Assembly (NCBI GenBank): GCA_947463095.1
Contig: CANHRE010000001.1
Span: 10,719 to 74,718, forward strand
Direction of reading: 5' to 3'
Length of the DNA stretch: 64,000 nt
Origin: Flavobacteriales bacterium
GTDB taxonomy: Bacteria; Bacteroidota; Bacteroidia; NS11-12g; UBA955
The translations under genes and the position numbers were made by a program. The notes beneath the pieces are model-generated. The model was not told the origin of the DNA. It worked only from the letters and a program-made list of their open reading frames with translations, and searched no databases. Below are positions 38,907 to 48,392 of this stretch, piece after piece. Position 1 is the first letter of the stretch, and every line of letters starts with the position of its first letter.

Positions 38907-40530
38907 AGCGTGCCACCAATGGCATCTTCCTTCCGCCTCCGAAAGCCTTTTCAGTAACCCTTAAAACCGGAGGAGCTTGAAATCGCTTATACTCGCTCCT
39001 GTTCACCAACTGAAGCACCCTGTTCACCAAAACATGGTCAAAGCCCTGTGCAATAATTGAAGCAGCGCCCATGCGCTTTTCGATATACAACTTTAGCACG
39101 GCGTCAAGCACTTCATAGGGAGGCAGCGAATCGCTGTCTTTCTGATCCGGTCTTAATTCCGCACTTGGCTCCTTGGTAAGTATGGCTTCAGGGATAAGGG
39201 TTCCTTGTTTGTTCAGGTAAGCGGCCAAGGCGTAAACCGTTGTTTTGTAGACATCACCAAGGGGGCTTAGGCCACCGCACAAATCGCCATACAGGGTGCT
39301 GTATCCCACCGCCATTTCACTTTTGTTGGATGTATTCAGCAGCAGGTGGCCGAATTTATTGCTCCACCCCATGAGCAGTTGGCCTCGAATCCTTGCCTGC
39401 AGGTTTTCTTCGGTCAAATCGAAAGGCAGGCTTCCGAATGCAGGCTTCAAGGCATTGAGGGAAGCGTCAAACACATCGGCGATGGGAATCACCGTATAGG
39501 GGTTTCCTAGGTTCTGGCAAAGATTCACCGCATCTGCAACTGAACCTTCGGATGAAAAGCGAGAAGGCAGCAACAGGGCCTGCACCTGTTCAGGGCCCAG
39601 GGCCTTACAGGCCAGGGTTTGAACCACAGCACTGTCAATACCTCCCGAGGAACCAAGCACTAACCGTTTAAAGCCGTTCCTGGTGCAATATTCCCGAATC
39701 CCAAAAACCAATGCATCACTGAGCACATGAAGGTATTCCGGACTTTCCGATGGTTCATGTTCGGCACCAATTCCTTCGGAGCTGAGCTCCACATATGCCA
39801 GGGCTTCCTGAAAACGCGGCATTTCCAAAACTACATTGCCATGGGCATCTACAACCATGCTGTTCCCGTCGAAGATCAGTTCGGCATGGGCTCCCACCTG
39901 GTTAACATAAATTAGGGGCATCTGAAAACGCTGTGCATTGTCTTTGAGAACCGCTTTGCGCTTCATCGCCTTTCCGACCTGAAACGGCGATGCCGAAGGA
40001 TTGATCAGCAAGGTGGCACCCTGCGATGTTAAATCGGACAATGGCACCCTGGAATAGGAAAAATCATTGTGTTGATCCCAGAGGTCTTCGCAAATCAATA
40101 TCCCTGCACACACCCCTTCAACATCCACAGGATGTACTGAAGGAGCGGGTTCGAAATAACGGGCTTCATGAAATACATCGTAGGTGGGAAGCAGGCTTTT
40201 ATACTGAACAGAGGCTATGTGCCCATCTTTGAGCAGATAGGCTGCATTATACAAGGCCCTGCCCTTTCCTTTATTCACGGCAATGGCGCCCAATACACAG
40301 GAGATTCCATGGCAGGATTCAGCAATTTCCTGCACGCTGTTCAGGCAGGCCTCTACAAACCAGGGATAATCCAGCAAATCCTCCGGCGGATATCCGCATA
40401 CAGCCAATTCACTGAACACAATCAGATGTGCACCTGCGGTCCTAGCCTCAGCGATGGCATTCAGTATTTTAGTTCTGTTGCCAACAAAGTCACCAATATG
40501 ATAATTCAGCTGGGCAAGGCAAATCTTCAT
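38899..40530 (-). CDS. nadE: glutamine-dependent NAD+ synthetase (nitrilase domain plus NAD synthetase domain)
   Basis: 543 aa. The CN-hydrolase N-terminus is MKICLAQLN...FSELAVCGYP. The PP-loop is LGSSGGIDSAV. Confidence 0.9.
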   Translation of the reverse strand: MKICLAQLNYHIGDFVGNRTKILNAIAEARTAGAHLIVFSELAVCGYPPEDLLDYPWFVEACLNSVQEIAESCHGISCVLGAIAVNKGKGRALYNAAYLLKDGHIASVQYKSLLPTYDVFHEARYFEPAPSVHPVDVEGVCAGILICEDLWDQHNDFSYSRVPLSDLTSQGATLLINPSASPFQVGKAMKRKAVLKDNAQRFQMPLIYVNQVGAHAELIFDGNSMVVDAHGNVVLEMPRFQEALAYVELSSEGIGAEHEPSESPEYLHVLSDALVFGIREYCTRNGFKRLVLGSSGGIDSAVVQTLACKALGPEQVQALLLPSRFSSEGSVADAVNLCQNLGNPYTVIPIADVFDASLNALKPAFGSLPFDLTEENLQARIRGQLLMGWSNKFGHLLLNTSNKSEMAVGYSTLYGDLCGGLSPLGDVYKTTVYALAAYLNKQGTLIPEAILTKEPSAELRPDQKDSDSLPPYEVLDAVLKLYIEKRMGAASIIAQGFDHVLVNRVLQLVNRSEYKRFQAPPVLRVTEKAFGGGRKMPLVARYD

Positions 40531-40542
40531 GCACTCCCTATT

Positions 40543-41301
40543 TCAGAAAAACACACCCACATTCAGCGACATCAGGTTGTTGCGGCCTGTAGCAGCCTTA
40601 TCCCTGAGAAAATCATTCAAACCGTTGTCAAAGCGAAGACCGAAATTCAACATGGTATTGCCGCTGATTCTATATTCTACACCGGCGCCGATAACCATGG
40701 AAAAACGCAATACCGACACATCATCCTTATACACTCCTTTGCCCCCCTGACCGTTAAAATCGTTATCGGTGCCATTAGGACTGTATTTCTCGCCCACAAA
40801 AACGGGGTCTGACCAGGTTCTTACTAAATTGTTTATGAGGAAGGAAGGAGCAAAACCCAGCTGCCCGTACCAAACATACTTTCCAATTTCATTGGTTTTC
40901 AACTTTAATGAAACAGGCAGCTGTATGTATTGAAGCCTGTAGCCAAAAGAAACATCTGCATAGCGCTGTCCCAAACCATTGCGATAGTATATCAGGGTAT
41001 CCTGGTGGGCTACAGCAATAGACATGCTGCTTACCAAGACCTCTGCGGCCAGGGCATAATTGTCGGTAAAAGAATTTTCCGCCATAATTCCGTAGGAAAA
41101 ACCTAAACCCAGTCCATCATATTGAACTTCATCCGACAAGCCATGCATCCATGAAAAATTTGGCGATGCTTTAAATCCCATACGAAACTTCCTGGCCGCG
41201 GGCGGCAAGGTTTTTTGTTGCGAAACGGCCTCATGAGACATCAAACCTAAACAAGCCAACATCAGGAACCCTTTTCTTTGCAGGCTGATTCTTCTGAACA
41301 T
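40543..41301 (-). CDS. outer-membrane beta-barrel protein (porin/OmpA-like transmembrane barrel family)
   Basis: The start MFRRISLQRKGFLMLACLGLMS gives a signal peptide. The alternating aromatic pattern ends in a C-terminal F. Its ATG overlaps the ATG of the divergent gene. Confidence 0.55.
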   Translation of the reverse strand: MFRRISLQRKGFLMLACLGLMSHEAVSQQKTLPPAARKFRMGFKASPNFSWMHGLSDEVQYDGLGLGFSYGIMAENSFTDNYALAAEVLVSSMSIAVAHQDTLIYYRNGLGQRYADVSFGYRLQYIQLPVSLKLKTNEIGKYVWYGQLGFAPSFLINNLVRTWSDPVFVGEKYSPNGTDNDFNGQGGKGVYKDDVSVLRFSMVIGAGVEYRISGNTMLNFGLRFDNGLNDFLRDKAATGRNNLMSLNVGVFF

Positions 41302-42313
41302 GGTTGCGAAGTTCTTAAAAAAATACGGTACGTGGTTAGGGCTTTCCCTAATGTTGGGTGCATGCGGTGTTCCTGAACCCAAATACGAGGTGCAGGATGT
41401 ATTTTCTGCTATGCATGTGGTTTCATCGAAGGAGCTGGACTCGGGAAGCTACCAGGCCTTACGACGCCAATACGGGGTGTTTTTTGATTACTATACCCAA
41501 GAGGTGCTGGGCTTGTGGACGCCTTCTGACTCGGTTACTGCTGCCCGGTTGAACTTCTTCAACAAGCGCAATCGCTTTGTTTACGAGCGTCTGAAAGGAG
41601 CAGATAAGGTTCTGAAGCTTCAAACCCGCGACTTAGGCAAGGTGCTAGCAGCCTGGAAAAAGCACTTACCTTCCGATTCGCTGCCATTGATTTATGCCTA
41701 CTACTCGCAATTCAGCAACTACTTCACCCTGGCTGCGCCTGTTGAACGGGGCAAGGTTGCGGTAGGATACAGCGTGGAAATGTTCCTGGGCGACACCTTT
41801 ACCGGTTACCGAAGCCTACAACTTCCGCAGTGGTATGGACGCTTTACCCGCCCAGAACTGGTGCCACCCATGCTGGCCATGGCCTACCTCAATTACCTTT
41901 ACGACAGCAGCAATACCAGAAACAATATGTTGGGTGAAATGATTTACTATGGAAAATTGCTCTATGCTACGGCCACTTTGGCTTCATGGATGGAAGCTGC
42001 TGATATCGCAGGCCTGAAAAAAGAAGAATGGAAGTGGTGTTTGGAGGAAGAAGCCAACATCTGGAAGCATTACCTGGATGCTCAAATACTATACAGCAGC
42101 AACCGCATGGAATACGGGCGCTATTTCATCGAAGGAAACGAAACCAAAGGCAGCGGTATTCCTGAACATTGCCCACCGATGATTGGTCGTTGGACAGGCT
42201 ACCGCATTGTTGAAGCCTACATGAAGAACAACAATGGCCTGAGTTTGCGCGATTTAATGCTTTTGAACAATCCGGAACAAATACTCAGAGAATCAGCCTA
42301 TAAACCAAAATGA
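41300..42313 (+). CDS. lipoprotein, putatively GldB-like gliding-motility-associated lipoprotein
   Basis: 337 aa. The lipoprotein signal ends at a lipobox Cys (LMLGAC). Its size and its adjacency to nadE match my recollection of the Flavobacterium johnsoniae gldB locus. I cannot confirm family motifs. Confidence 0.4.
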   Translation: MVAKFLKKYGTWLGLSLMLGACGVPEPKYEVQDVFSAMHVVSSKELDSGSYQALRRQYGVFFDYYTQEVLGLWTPSDSVTAARLNFFNKRNRFVYERLKGADKVLKLQTRDLGKVLAAWKKHLPSDSLPLIYAYYSQFSNYFTLAAPVERGKVAVGYSVEMFLGDTFTGYRSLQLPQWYGRFTRPELVPPMLAMAYLNYLYDSSNTRNNMLGEMIYYGKLLYATATLASWMEAADIAGLKKEEWKWCLEEEANIWKHYLDAQILYSSNRMEYGRYFIEGNETKGSGIPEHCPPMIGRWTGYRIVEAYMKNNNGLSLRDLMLLNNPEQILRESAYKPK

Positions 42314-42768
42314 TACAGCCCTTTTCTCCTCCGGATTTCAGCCCCCAAAACCCCGATTTCCGGGAAGAACTCGAACACATTTTAAAGGGGCAATACTTCA
42401 TGAAGCATATCGGATTCCAGTTGGAACATGTAGAAAACGGCAAGGCTGAGGGCTATATCGTACTAGGTGAGCAACATTTGCAACAACATGGTTATCTGCA
42501 CGGTGGCGTTAGCGCCACCGTATGCGACTTGGTTATGGGCTTTGCCGCCTGGTCCTTGATACCCAAAGGCTACGGTGTGGTTACCGCAAACCTGAACATC
42601 GACTACCACTATCCCGGGTTAGGCCGCAAGTTATTTGGCCGCGGCAGGGTGGTTAAAACGGGCAATATGCTGCACTTCTGCGAAGCGGAATTATGGCTTG
42701 ATGAAGGTCCGGTGGTAGTGCGCGCCAGCTCCATCATGAGCACCGTTGTCAAACCCCTAAACCCCTAA
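42310..42768 (+). CDS. PaaI-family hotdog-fold thioesterase
   Basis: 152 aa. The motif LHGGVSATVCDLVMGFAAW is typical of PaaI/4HBT thioesterases. Confidence 0.7.
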   Translation: MIQPFSPPDFSPQNPDFREELEHILKGQYFMKHIGFQLEHVENGKAEGYIVLGEQHLQQHGYLHGGVSATVCDLVMGFAAWSLIPKGYGVVTANLNIDYHYPGLGRKLFGRGRVVKTGNMLHFCEAELWLDEGPVVVRASSIMSTVVKPLNP

Positions 42769-44132
42769 GCACCGTTTTGATACTTCTTTAAAAGCAGCAT
42801 CACCTCGCGGCTGCCTGATGCCTTGGCCCATTGCCGAAGCTTTTTATGTTCTTCTCTGTTCAGTCCATTCCAGGCGCCTCGTTCCAACAAGCATTTGCAC
42901 AAGTCTAAATCTGCTTTGCGCACCGCCTCGAACAATGGTGTTTCCCCATTTTTATCGCGTATGTTCACCACAGCGCCAGAGGCCAGCAACTGCTTCACAA
43001 TGGCTGCAGCGCCCAGGATAACAGCATGGTGCAGGGCCGTTAATCCTTCCGCATCCTGGCTGTTTAGGTTTACGCTGCTGCAGCGAAGCAAGTGGTTCAG
43101 CGCTGGCCGGTTCCGCTTCAGCACCAACAGGTGAATTAATGGCAAACCCTGTCCATCGCGCTGATTCAGGTTAAAGCATGTGGTGCTGCATGCCATGGTG
43201 ATAATCGTATCCAGCAGCAGCTGATTGTTGGATTTCGCGGCCAGAAACAATAACTCAGAATCGGTGCCACACAGCAAATCCAAATAGGGTACATACGCGG
43301 CCATGTAGGACCATTGACCGGTGGTAAGGGCATTTTTAAGGTTTGCCTCCGTAAGTATACGCCGCGCCTCAACGGGCAATACCGAAAGCCGTTGAACAGC
43401 ATTCCCGAACAGCCTTAGATCAATATCTGAAGTGTCAACAAATCCGATATGTGGACCGGGAATTAATATTCCACCAACAACACCCTGTTCATCCAGCACC
43501 GCACTTCCAACTGCCGCCTGCGGAAACTGTTCGGCCAGGAACAGTGATTTGGTTCCTTCATCAGCCAAAACCGATAAATCCTGTCGGGTTCCGTCATCCA
43601 TGCAGCAACTCAGAAGAAGATGGAAAGGCGAAGCGCCGAAATTCAGTTTAAACGCCGGCATCCCTGACGGCCTGTCTATTTGAAGCAGCGCATAATTCTC
43701 GTCCATTCCACGAACACCTGTCCAAGCTTCAGCCCTTACGGAAGCAATCCGGAATACCGAAGAATCCGGAATTGGGGACCCCAGCGCGGCTGCCGGAATC
43801 CATACAAGCGCCTGGCCGCTTGTCAGCGCGCTCCGGTGCAGGCTGCTGCCTGCAGTAAGCAGCAAATCAGGAGCAACAAGAAAGGCTGTTCCCAAGGGTT
43901 TGTAGGGATGCTGTTTGGCTGAGGAATATCCTTCATTCCAACGCCATACTCCGAATGCAGGCGGCTTAAATGCCTCAGCAGGATATAGATATCCTGTGGT
44001 ACCGGTGCAGCCAGCAACAGACCTCTTTGGGGAAGGCCAGCCTGAACCGATAGGCGTTGCTTGTTGCGCCAGGCCTGAAGATAAAATCAGACATGCACAA
44101 AGCAGGCAGGAATACCGAAGATACCATTGCAT
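42765..44132 (-). CDS. secreted trypsin-like peptidase-fold domain fused to C-terminal ankyrin repeats
   Basis: The start was chosen at MQWYLRYSCLLCACLILSSGLAQQ, giving a signal peptide. The N-terminal half has chymotrypsin-fold-like GTAFLVAPDLLLTAGSSLH and a VGSAV motif. The C-terminal half has clear ANK repeats (DAEGLTALHHAVILGAAAIVKQLLASGAVVNIRDKNGETPLFEAV...). Confidence 0.55.
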   Translation of the reverse strand: MQWYLRYSCLLCACLILSSGLAQQATPIGSGWPSPKRSVAGCTGTTGYLYPAEAFKPPAFGVWRWNEGYSSAKQHPYKPLGTAFLVAPDLLLTAGSSLHRSALTSGQALVWIPAAALGSPIPDSSVFRIASVRAEAWTGVRGMDENYALLQIDRPSGMPAFKLNFGASPFHLLLSCCMDDGTRQDLSVLADEGTKSLFLAEQFPQAAVGSAVLDEQGVVGGILIPGPHIGFVDTSDIDLRLFGNAVQRLSVLPVEARRILTEANLKNALTTGQWSYMAAYVPYLDLLCGTDSELLFLAAKSNNQLLLDTIITMACSTTCFNLNQRDGQGLPLIHLLVLKRNRPALNHLLRCSSVNLNSQDAEGLTALHHAVILGAAAIVKQLLASGAVVNIRDKNGETPLFEAVRKADLDLCKCLLERGAWNGLNREEHKKLRQWAKASGSREVMLLLKKYQNGA

Positions 44133-44161
44133 ATCGCCACCGGGCACTTGCCCTGAATTTC

Positions 44162-45925
44162 TCAATCCAATAGCACCTGGAGCAAAGGTTGTACCGCTTT
44201 ATCGGCGTTTGCTTCCAGTGTCCATGCCGCCCTACTGACCTTTTCTGGGCGAAGCATGATGGTGCGCATGAGCCCAGCGCGGTTCACAAGCACTTCGGTT
44301 GGCTGATCATTTGTAAGCAGTCGGTTTACCTCTTCTATTGAATTTCCAACGCGGCGCCCGTCAATTGCAACCAGCTCATCCTGCACATTCAGTCCACCTT
44401 TCCAGGCTGGTAAATCGCGTTCAACATATTTCACCATAAGTCTGCCGTTTTCAAAAGCCGTACTGATGCCCAAGGTAGTTTCCGTTTTACCCGGATTCTG
44501 CGCTTTGATTCCCGCTTTGGCGAGTATTCCAGCATAATCGGGTATTTCGGTGCTTTCAACCAGGCCTCGGATTTCAGCGCCAAGCCCAACACCCCCTATG
44601 GCATCAATGGTTTCGTAAAATTCATCATTGCTGAAACCGCGCTCCGGCCTATTGAGGTATTGCTGCCAGAGTGACTTCATCACATCGTCGAGGTTGCGAC
44701 TCCCCTTAGTTCTGGATACAATGTTAGCGTCCAGAAGAAATGCCAGCACCTGCCCTTTCCCATAGTAACTGATGGTCGTATTGCGGCTATTTTCGTTCGG
44801 GCGGTATTCACGGATCCAGGCATCATGGCTGCTTTCTGCCAGCGACTGATAAAACCTTCCGGGACGCTGTTCCAAATCGTTGATGGCAGAGGCCATTTTC
44901 TCCAGATAGGCTTCTCGGGTATAGAATCCGGCTCGACGCAGGATGAGTTCATCGTAATAGCTGGTAATTCCTTCGGCCACCCACAGCATATCGGTATGAT
45001 TTTCCTTGCTGTAGTCGAAGGGCCCCAGAGGTTCAGGCCGGATGCGCTTCACATTCCATAGGTGCAGGTATTCGTGTCCGCATAACCCTAAAAACTGTTT
45101 GTATCGGGAGGGATTATTCCATTGCCAGCGAGGCATCATTACCGTGCAGGAATTGGCGTGTTCCAGACCACCTCCCCCGGCTTCTGTGTTTAACACAATA
45201 AACAGGTAATTCTTACAGGGATGATGCCCGAAAATGCCCGTGGTGGTATCGCAGATGACAGTAAGGTCGCGCACGAAAGTACCCATGTCCTGATTGCCGG
45301 ACCCCACTACGGCCACCGTATGGGGAACACCCTGCACCTTAAAATCAACGGTTTCATAATTTCCGGCGATGAGCGGAGCATCTGCTAAATCATCGTAATG
45401 TTCAAATGAGAATATGCCGGGCTTGAGTTCCGGTAATGCCACATTCATCTGCTTCCAGGCTGCGGGCAAGTGTACTTCGAGTATTCCCGGCAGATGTTTC
45501 ATTTGTTCTACCAGCATAAACACGGAAGTTTGGTGCAGAAATGCCATATCCGCATCAATAAAAGATGTGCGCACCGACCATTCAAATGCATACACCTTAT
45601 AGCGCACAGAGAGTGATTTCAGTCCTTTCACAGGAAACTGCCAGGTGTTCTTGTCCGTTCTTTGCGGTGTTAGCGGCTTCCCATCGGCTTCAGCCTGCAC
45701 CTGCTCCACACTTTTGGCGAACTCACGCAACAGGTAGCTGCCCGGAGTCCATGATGGCATGCGCAGGTCCAGCACCTGCTCCTTGAAACCGCTAAGCTCC
45801 ATACTTACTTCGGCATAATGCGTATGGGGTTCAGGGAAGGAAACACGATATTTTATTTGAGGCGTGGCAAAGTGCTCCATGATGGTCATGCTTGTAATGA
45901 ACAGCGTCAGTAAGGTGCGGCGCAT
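44162..45925 (-). CDS. M61-family glycyl aminopeptidase with C-terminal PDZ domain
   Basis: 587 aa with a signal peptide. The zinc motif is HEYLHLWN. The C-terminal PDZ-like block is LVAIDGRRVGNSIEEVNRLL. It overlaps the downstream gene by 4 nt. Confidence 0.75.
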   Translation of the reverse strand: MRRTLLTLFITSMTIMEHFATPQIKYRVSFPEPHTHYAEVSMELSGFKEQVLDLRMPSWTPGSYLLREFAKSVEQVQAEADGKPLTPQRTDKNTWQFPVKGLKSLSVRYKVYAFEWSVRTSFIDADMAFLHQTSVFMLVEQMKHLPGILEVHLPAAWKQMNVALPELKPGIFSFEHYDDLADAPLIAGNYETVDFKVQGVPHTVAVVGSGNQDMGTFVRDLTVICDTTTGIFGHHPCKNYLFIVLNTEAGGGGLEHANSCTVMMPRWQWNNPSRYKQFLGLCGHEYLHLWNVKRIRPEPLGPFDYSKENHTDMLWVAEGITSYYDELILRRAGFYTREAYLEKMASAINDLEQRPGRFYQSLAESSHDAWIREYRPNENSRNTTISYYGKGQVLAFLLDANIVSRTKGSRNLDDVMKSLWQQYLNRPERGFSNDEFYETIDAIGGVGLGAEIRGLVESTEIPDYAGILAKAGIKAQNPGKTETTLGISTAFENGRLMVKYVERDLPAWKGGLNVQDELVAIDGRRVGNSIEEVNRLLTNDQPTEVLVNRAGLMRTIMLRPEKVSRAAWTLEANADKAVQPLLQVLLD

Positions 45926-45965
45926 GCGTGCAAAATTAAGTAGCTTGCCGGCAATTCAACGGCTC

Positions 45966-46331
45966 ATGAATTTCAGATTGATTGCCTGTGTCCTGATATG
46001 CTTCGCGACTTCCTGCAGTTCGGATAACAACCCACTGCTCAAGCAATGTGAGCTGGAGCTCGACTCCCTGGAAACTGTATTGGCTCAGAACCCCGGCTTT
46101 GCTGCTTCGAACACCAACAGCTTTATGGTATTGCGCGAGCGGATTCACGGCCGGCTGGATGCGCTGAGTAAAGACCAAACCCTAAGTGCTTCAGCGTTGG
46201 AGCAGCGTGATTTACTGGCCATCCGAAGCAGCGTGTTGTTCACCGCGGCCATGGAACAGGCGCTGGAACTGACCCGAAAACAATCAGACAGCCTGAACAA
46301 GCTTCGCAACAGTGCTACATCAGGCAACTGA
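45966..46331 (+). CDS. hypothetical small lipoprotein
   Basis: The start was chosen at MNFRLIACVLICFATSCSS, which ends in a lipobox. 121 aa, predicted helical. Confidence 0.4.
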   Translation: MNFRLIACVLICFATSCSSDNNPLLKQCELELDSLETVLAQNPGFAASNTNSFMVLRERIHGRLDALSKDQTLSASALEQRDLLAIRSSVLFTAAMEQALELTRKQSDSLNKLRNSATSGN

Positions 46332-46349
46332 TGCTTGCAGAAAACGCAC

Positions 46350-46670
46350 TCAGTCGCCGTACTCCAGCTCCAGCTTTGCGCTTTGCAGTTCGGACCGGGC
46401 GTGTTGATCGCCTAGCCTGGCAGCTGCGGCAATCCCCTGTTCATAAACTGCCATAGCCTGATCCTTTACCCCATCCTTCTCCATCAATTTCCCCAGATGG
46501 TAATAGGTAGCCACATAATCGGGATGTTGTTCCAGCAACCATTCCAGCAGGCGCCTGGCTTCAGTGGTATTGCCTGCGGAAAGATGTTCCTGCGCCAGTG
46601 CATAGTTCAGGAATGGATCCTCGGGTGATTCCTTAAGGAAGCCCAGCAGTTGGATCATGCGCGGATTCAT
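46350..46670 (-). CDS. tetratricopeptide-repeat protein
   Basis: 106 aa. The TPR-like A/Y/L periodicity is visible in LNYALAQEHLSAGNTTEARRLLEWLLEQHPDYVATYYHLGKL. Confidence 0.5.
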   Translation of the reverse strand: MNPRMIQLLGFLKESPEDPFLNYALAQEHLSAGNTTEARRLLEWLLEQHPDYVATYYHLGKLMEKDGVKDQAMAVYEQGIAAAARLGDQHARSELQSAKLELEYGD

Positions 46671-47136
46671 AAGGCAAAACTAAGGGCTTTCCCCGCATGC
46701 CGAAGCGCCTCACCCGAAACAGCATCCATGTGAGCAACAGAATTAATACCATTGCAGTAATGAACAGTTTCTTATATCGTTCCAGTGTGGATTCCTGTTG
46801 ATGTGCCTGTGTTTGTAGTGCGGCTATAGTGCTTTGATGTTGTCGGTCTTTTTCCACGCCTTCCGTATGATGCCTCAGACACAAGGAATCCACCGCGCGC
46901 TTCAGGCTGTCAACCCGGCGATAGGGTGTGGAATCCAACACAAACCAACAGGTGGGCATGGTAATTCCGCTGAACACCGAAGGCGGCAAGGGACAAGGCG
47001 ATGGAAAGTACGGTGGCGAACTGTTTAATACCTGAAACTTCCCCAGCGTGTCTGGTACAACTTCCGCCACCTGTATTTGGCCATTCATGCCTGCGGCGAA
47101 CAGCATCAACATCAGCATCAGCAACAAGTGCTTCAT
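46633..47136 (-). CDS. hypothetical bitopic membrane protein
   Basis: 167 aa. It has an N-terminal signal, a Cys/Pro-rich region and a C-terminal TM helix followed by an RVRRFGMRGK tail. It overlaps its neighbours at both ends. Confidence 0.4.
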   Translation of the reverse strand: MKHLLLMLMLMLFAAGMNGQIQVAEVVPDTLGKFQVLNSSPPYFPSPCPLPPSVFSGITMPTCWFVLDSTPYRRVDSLKRAVDSLCLRHHTEGVEKDRQHQSTIAALQTQAHQQESTLERYKKLFITAMVLILLLTWMLFRVRRFGMRGKPLVLPYESAHDPTAGLP

Positions 47137-48215
47137 TTTCCTGTTTTGTAGTAATTGATGTGAAGTTTGCTGCTTCCTGATTTCAACATGGTACCACTTT
47201 GCTGAATCCTTTGCTCCTGTTGTTTTTCTTCGTGCAACAGTTCATCCAGAAACGCCAGTACTGTGGAAGCAGTGACGCTCACTACGGCGCCGGAAGTAAT
47301 GGCCTCCACGGCAGCAGATTTCAGCAGGTTTGCCGATTGCTGACGGAACAGCTTATTATTGGCAAATAAGTCGCAGGAGATAATACTGTCGCCGGTAACA
47401 GCCACAAAGCCTATATAGCTTGTATCTTCAGCCATCAACTGGTTAAAATGTTGCAAGTAGGCCGGCAGGTCTTTATTTATTTTATCTGATTGGGCAATGG
47501 CGGTATAAGTACCGGTTCCGCTGCCAGTGCCGGCTTCGCGGTTTTTCACGGCTACCTTGCTCCATACCTCTCCCTGATTCTTTTCCACTACGGCGGCCTT
47601 GCGCACTGAAGGAGAAGTCACCCCGAAGGTATTGTTAAAGGTGTATCCGCTGCCGTTGGGTGTCCACCGTCCGCGCTCCACACAAAACACCGGAACCTGA
47701 ACAGGCCCCGAGTTGGGCAGCAGCAACATATCCTTGGCAACCACCCGATCCTGTTTCCCTCCAGTAACGACCTCTCCTGCCAGTACAAGCACGGTATCCT
47801 TGCCTTTGTTCTCGAATACCAGCGTGTTCACCGTTCCACCCTGAAGTTCGCTCACCACCACGGCACCTTTAGTGAGGGCATCTTTAAAACTGGTATAGTT
47901 CCCAAGTCCCCTGTGCGCCTTTACAAATTCAGGTTCCGATGATATCATGTACAATCTGAGGTTCCCAAACGTAAACTTCTGTTCTTCTGCGCTCAACTCC
48001 TGTTTGATTTTAGTACCCTGATCGCCAAAAGCCCAGGCATAGTTTGCATTCGTGGATCCGTTTGCCTGATTGCTGATGCGGTATACAGTATCGGCAGAGG
48101 AAATCTTGTTCTTGAAAAGCTTCAGATCTTCCTTGTTATACTGAGCCTTTGCGCTGCCAGCGGCCATAATGGCACCCAGAAGAAGGAATCTTGACATGTT
48201 GGTGGAATGGTTCAT
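47133..48215 (-). CDS. hypothetical secreted protein
   Basis: 360 aa with a signal peptide (MSRFLLLGAIMAAGSAKAQ). I recognise no catalytic motifs. It is the first gene of a three-gene operon divergent from the LytS/LytTR pair. Confidence 0.45.
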   Translation of the reverse strand: MNHSTNMSRFLLLGAIMAAGSAKAQYNKEDLKLFKNKISSADTVYRISNQANGSTNANYAWAFGDQGTKIKQELSAEEQKFTFGNLRLYMISSEPEFVKAHRGLGNYTSFKDALTKGAVVVSELQGGTVNTLVFENKGKDTVLVLAGEVVTGGKQDRVVAKDMLLLPNSGPVQVPVFCVERGRWTPNGSGYTFNNTFGVTSPSVRKAAVVEKNQGEVWSKVAVKNREAGTGSGTGTYTAIAQSDKINKDLPAYLQHFNQLMAEDTSYIGFVAVTGDSIISCDLFANNKLFRQQSANLLKSAAVEAITSGAVVSVTASTVLAFLDELLHEEKQQEQRIQQSGTMLKSGSSKLHINYYKTGK

Positions 48216-48392
48216 TTTTTCAGAAATATTTGCTCAAAACTGACGGTTCTTTTCCTGGCCTTTTGAACCAATGAGCCAAACAGGCTTTTGAATGAGTCAA
48301 TGTGCCGGATTGGCTGACCAAATACCGAAAGGAAGGTTAGTTTGGTAGGCTATTTTATCATTTAGGTTCAATACACTGATTAGATTTGTGCA

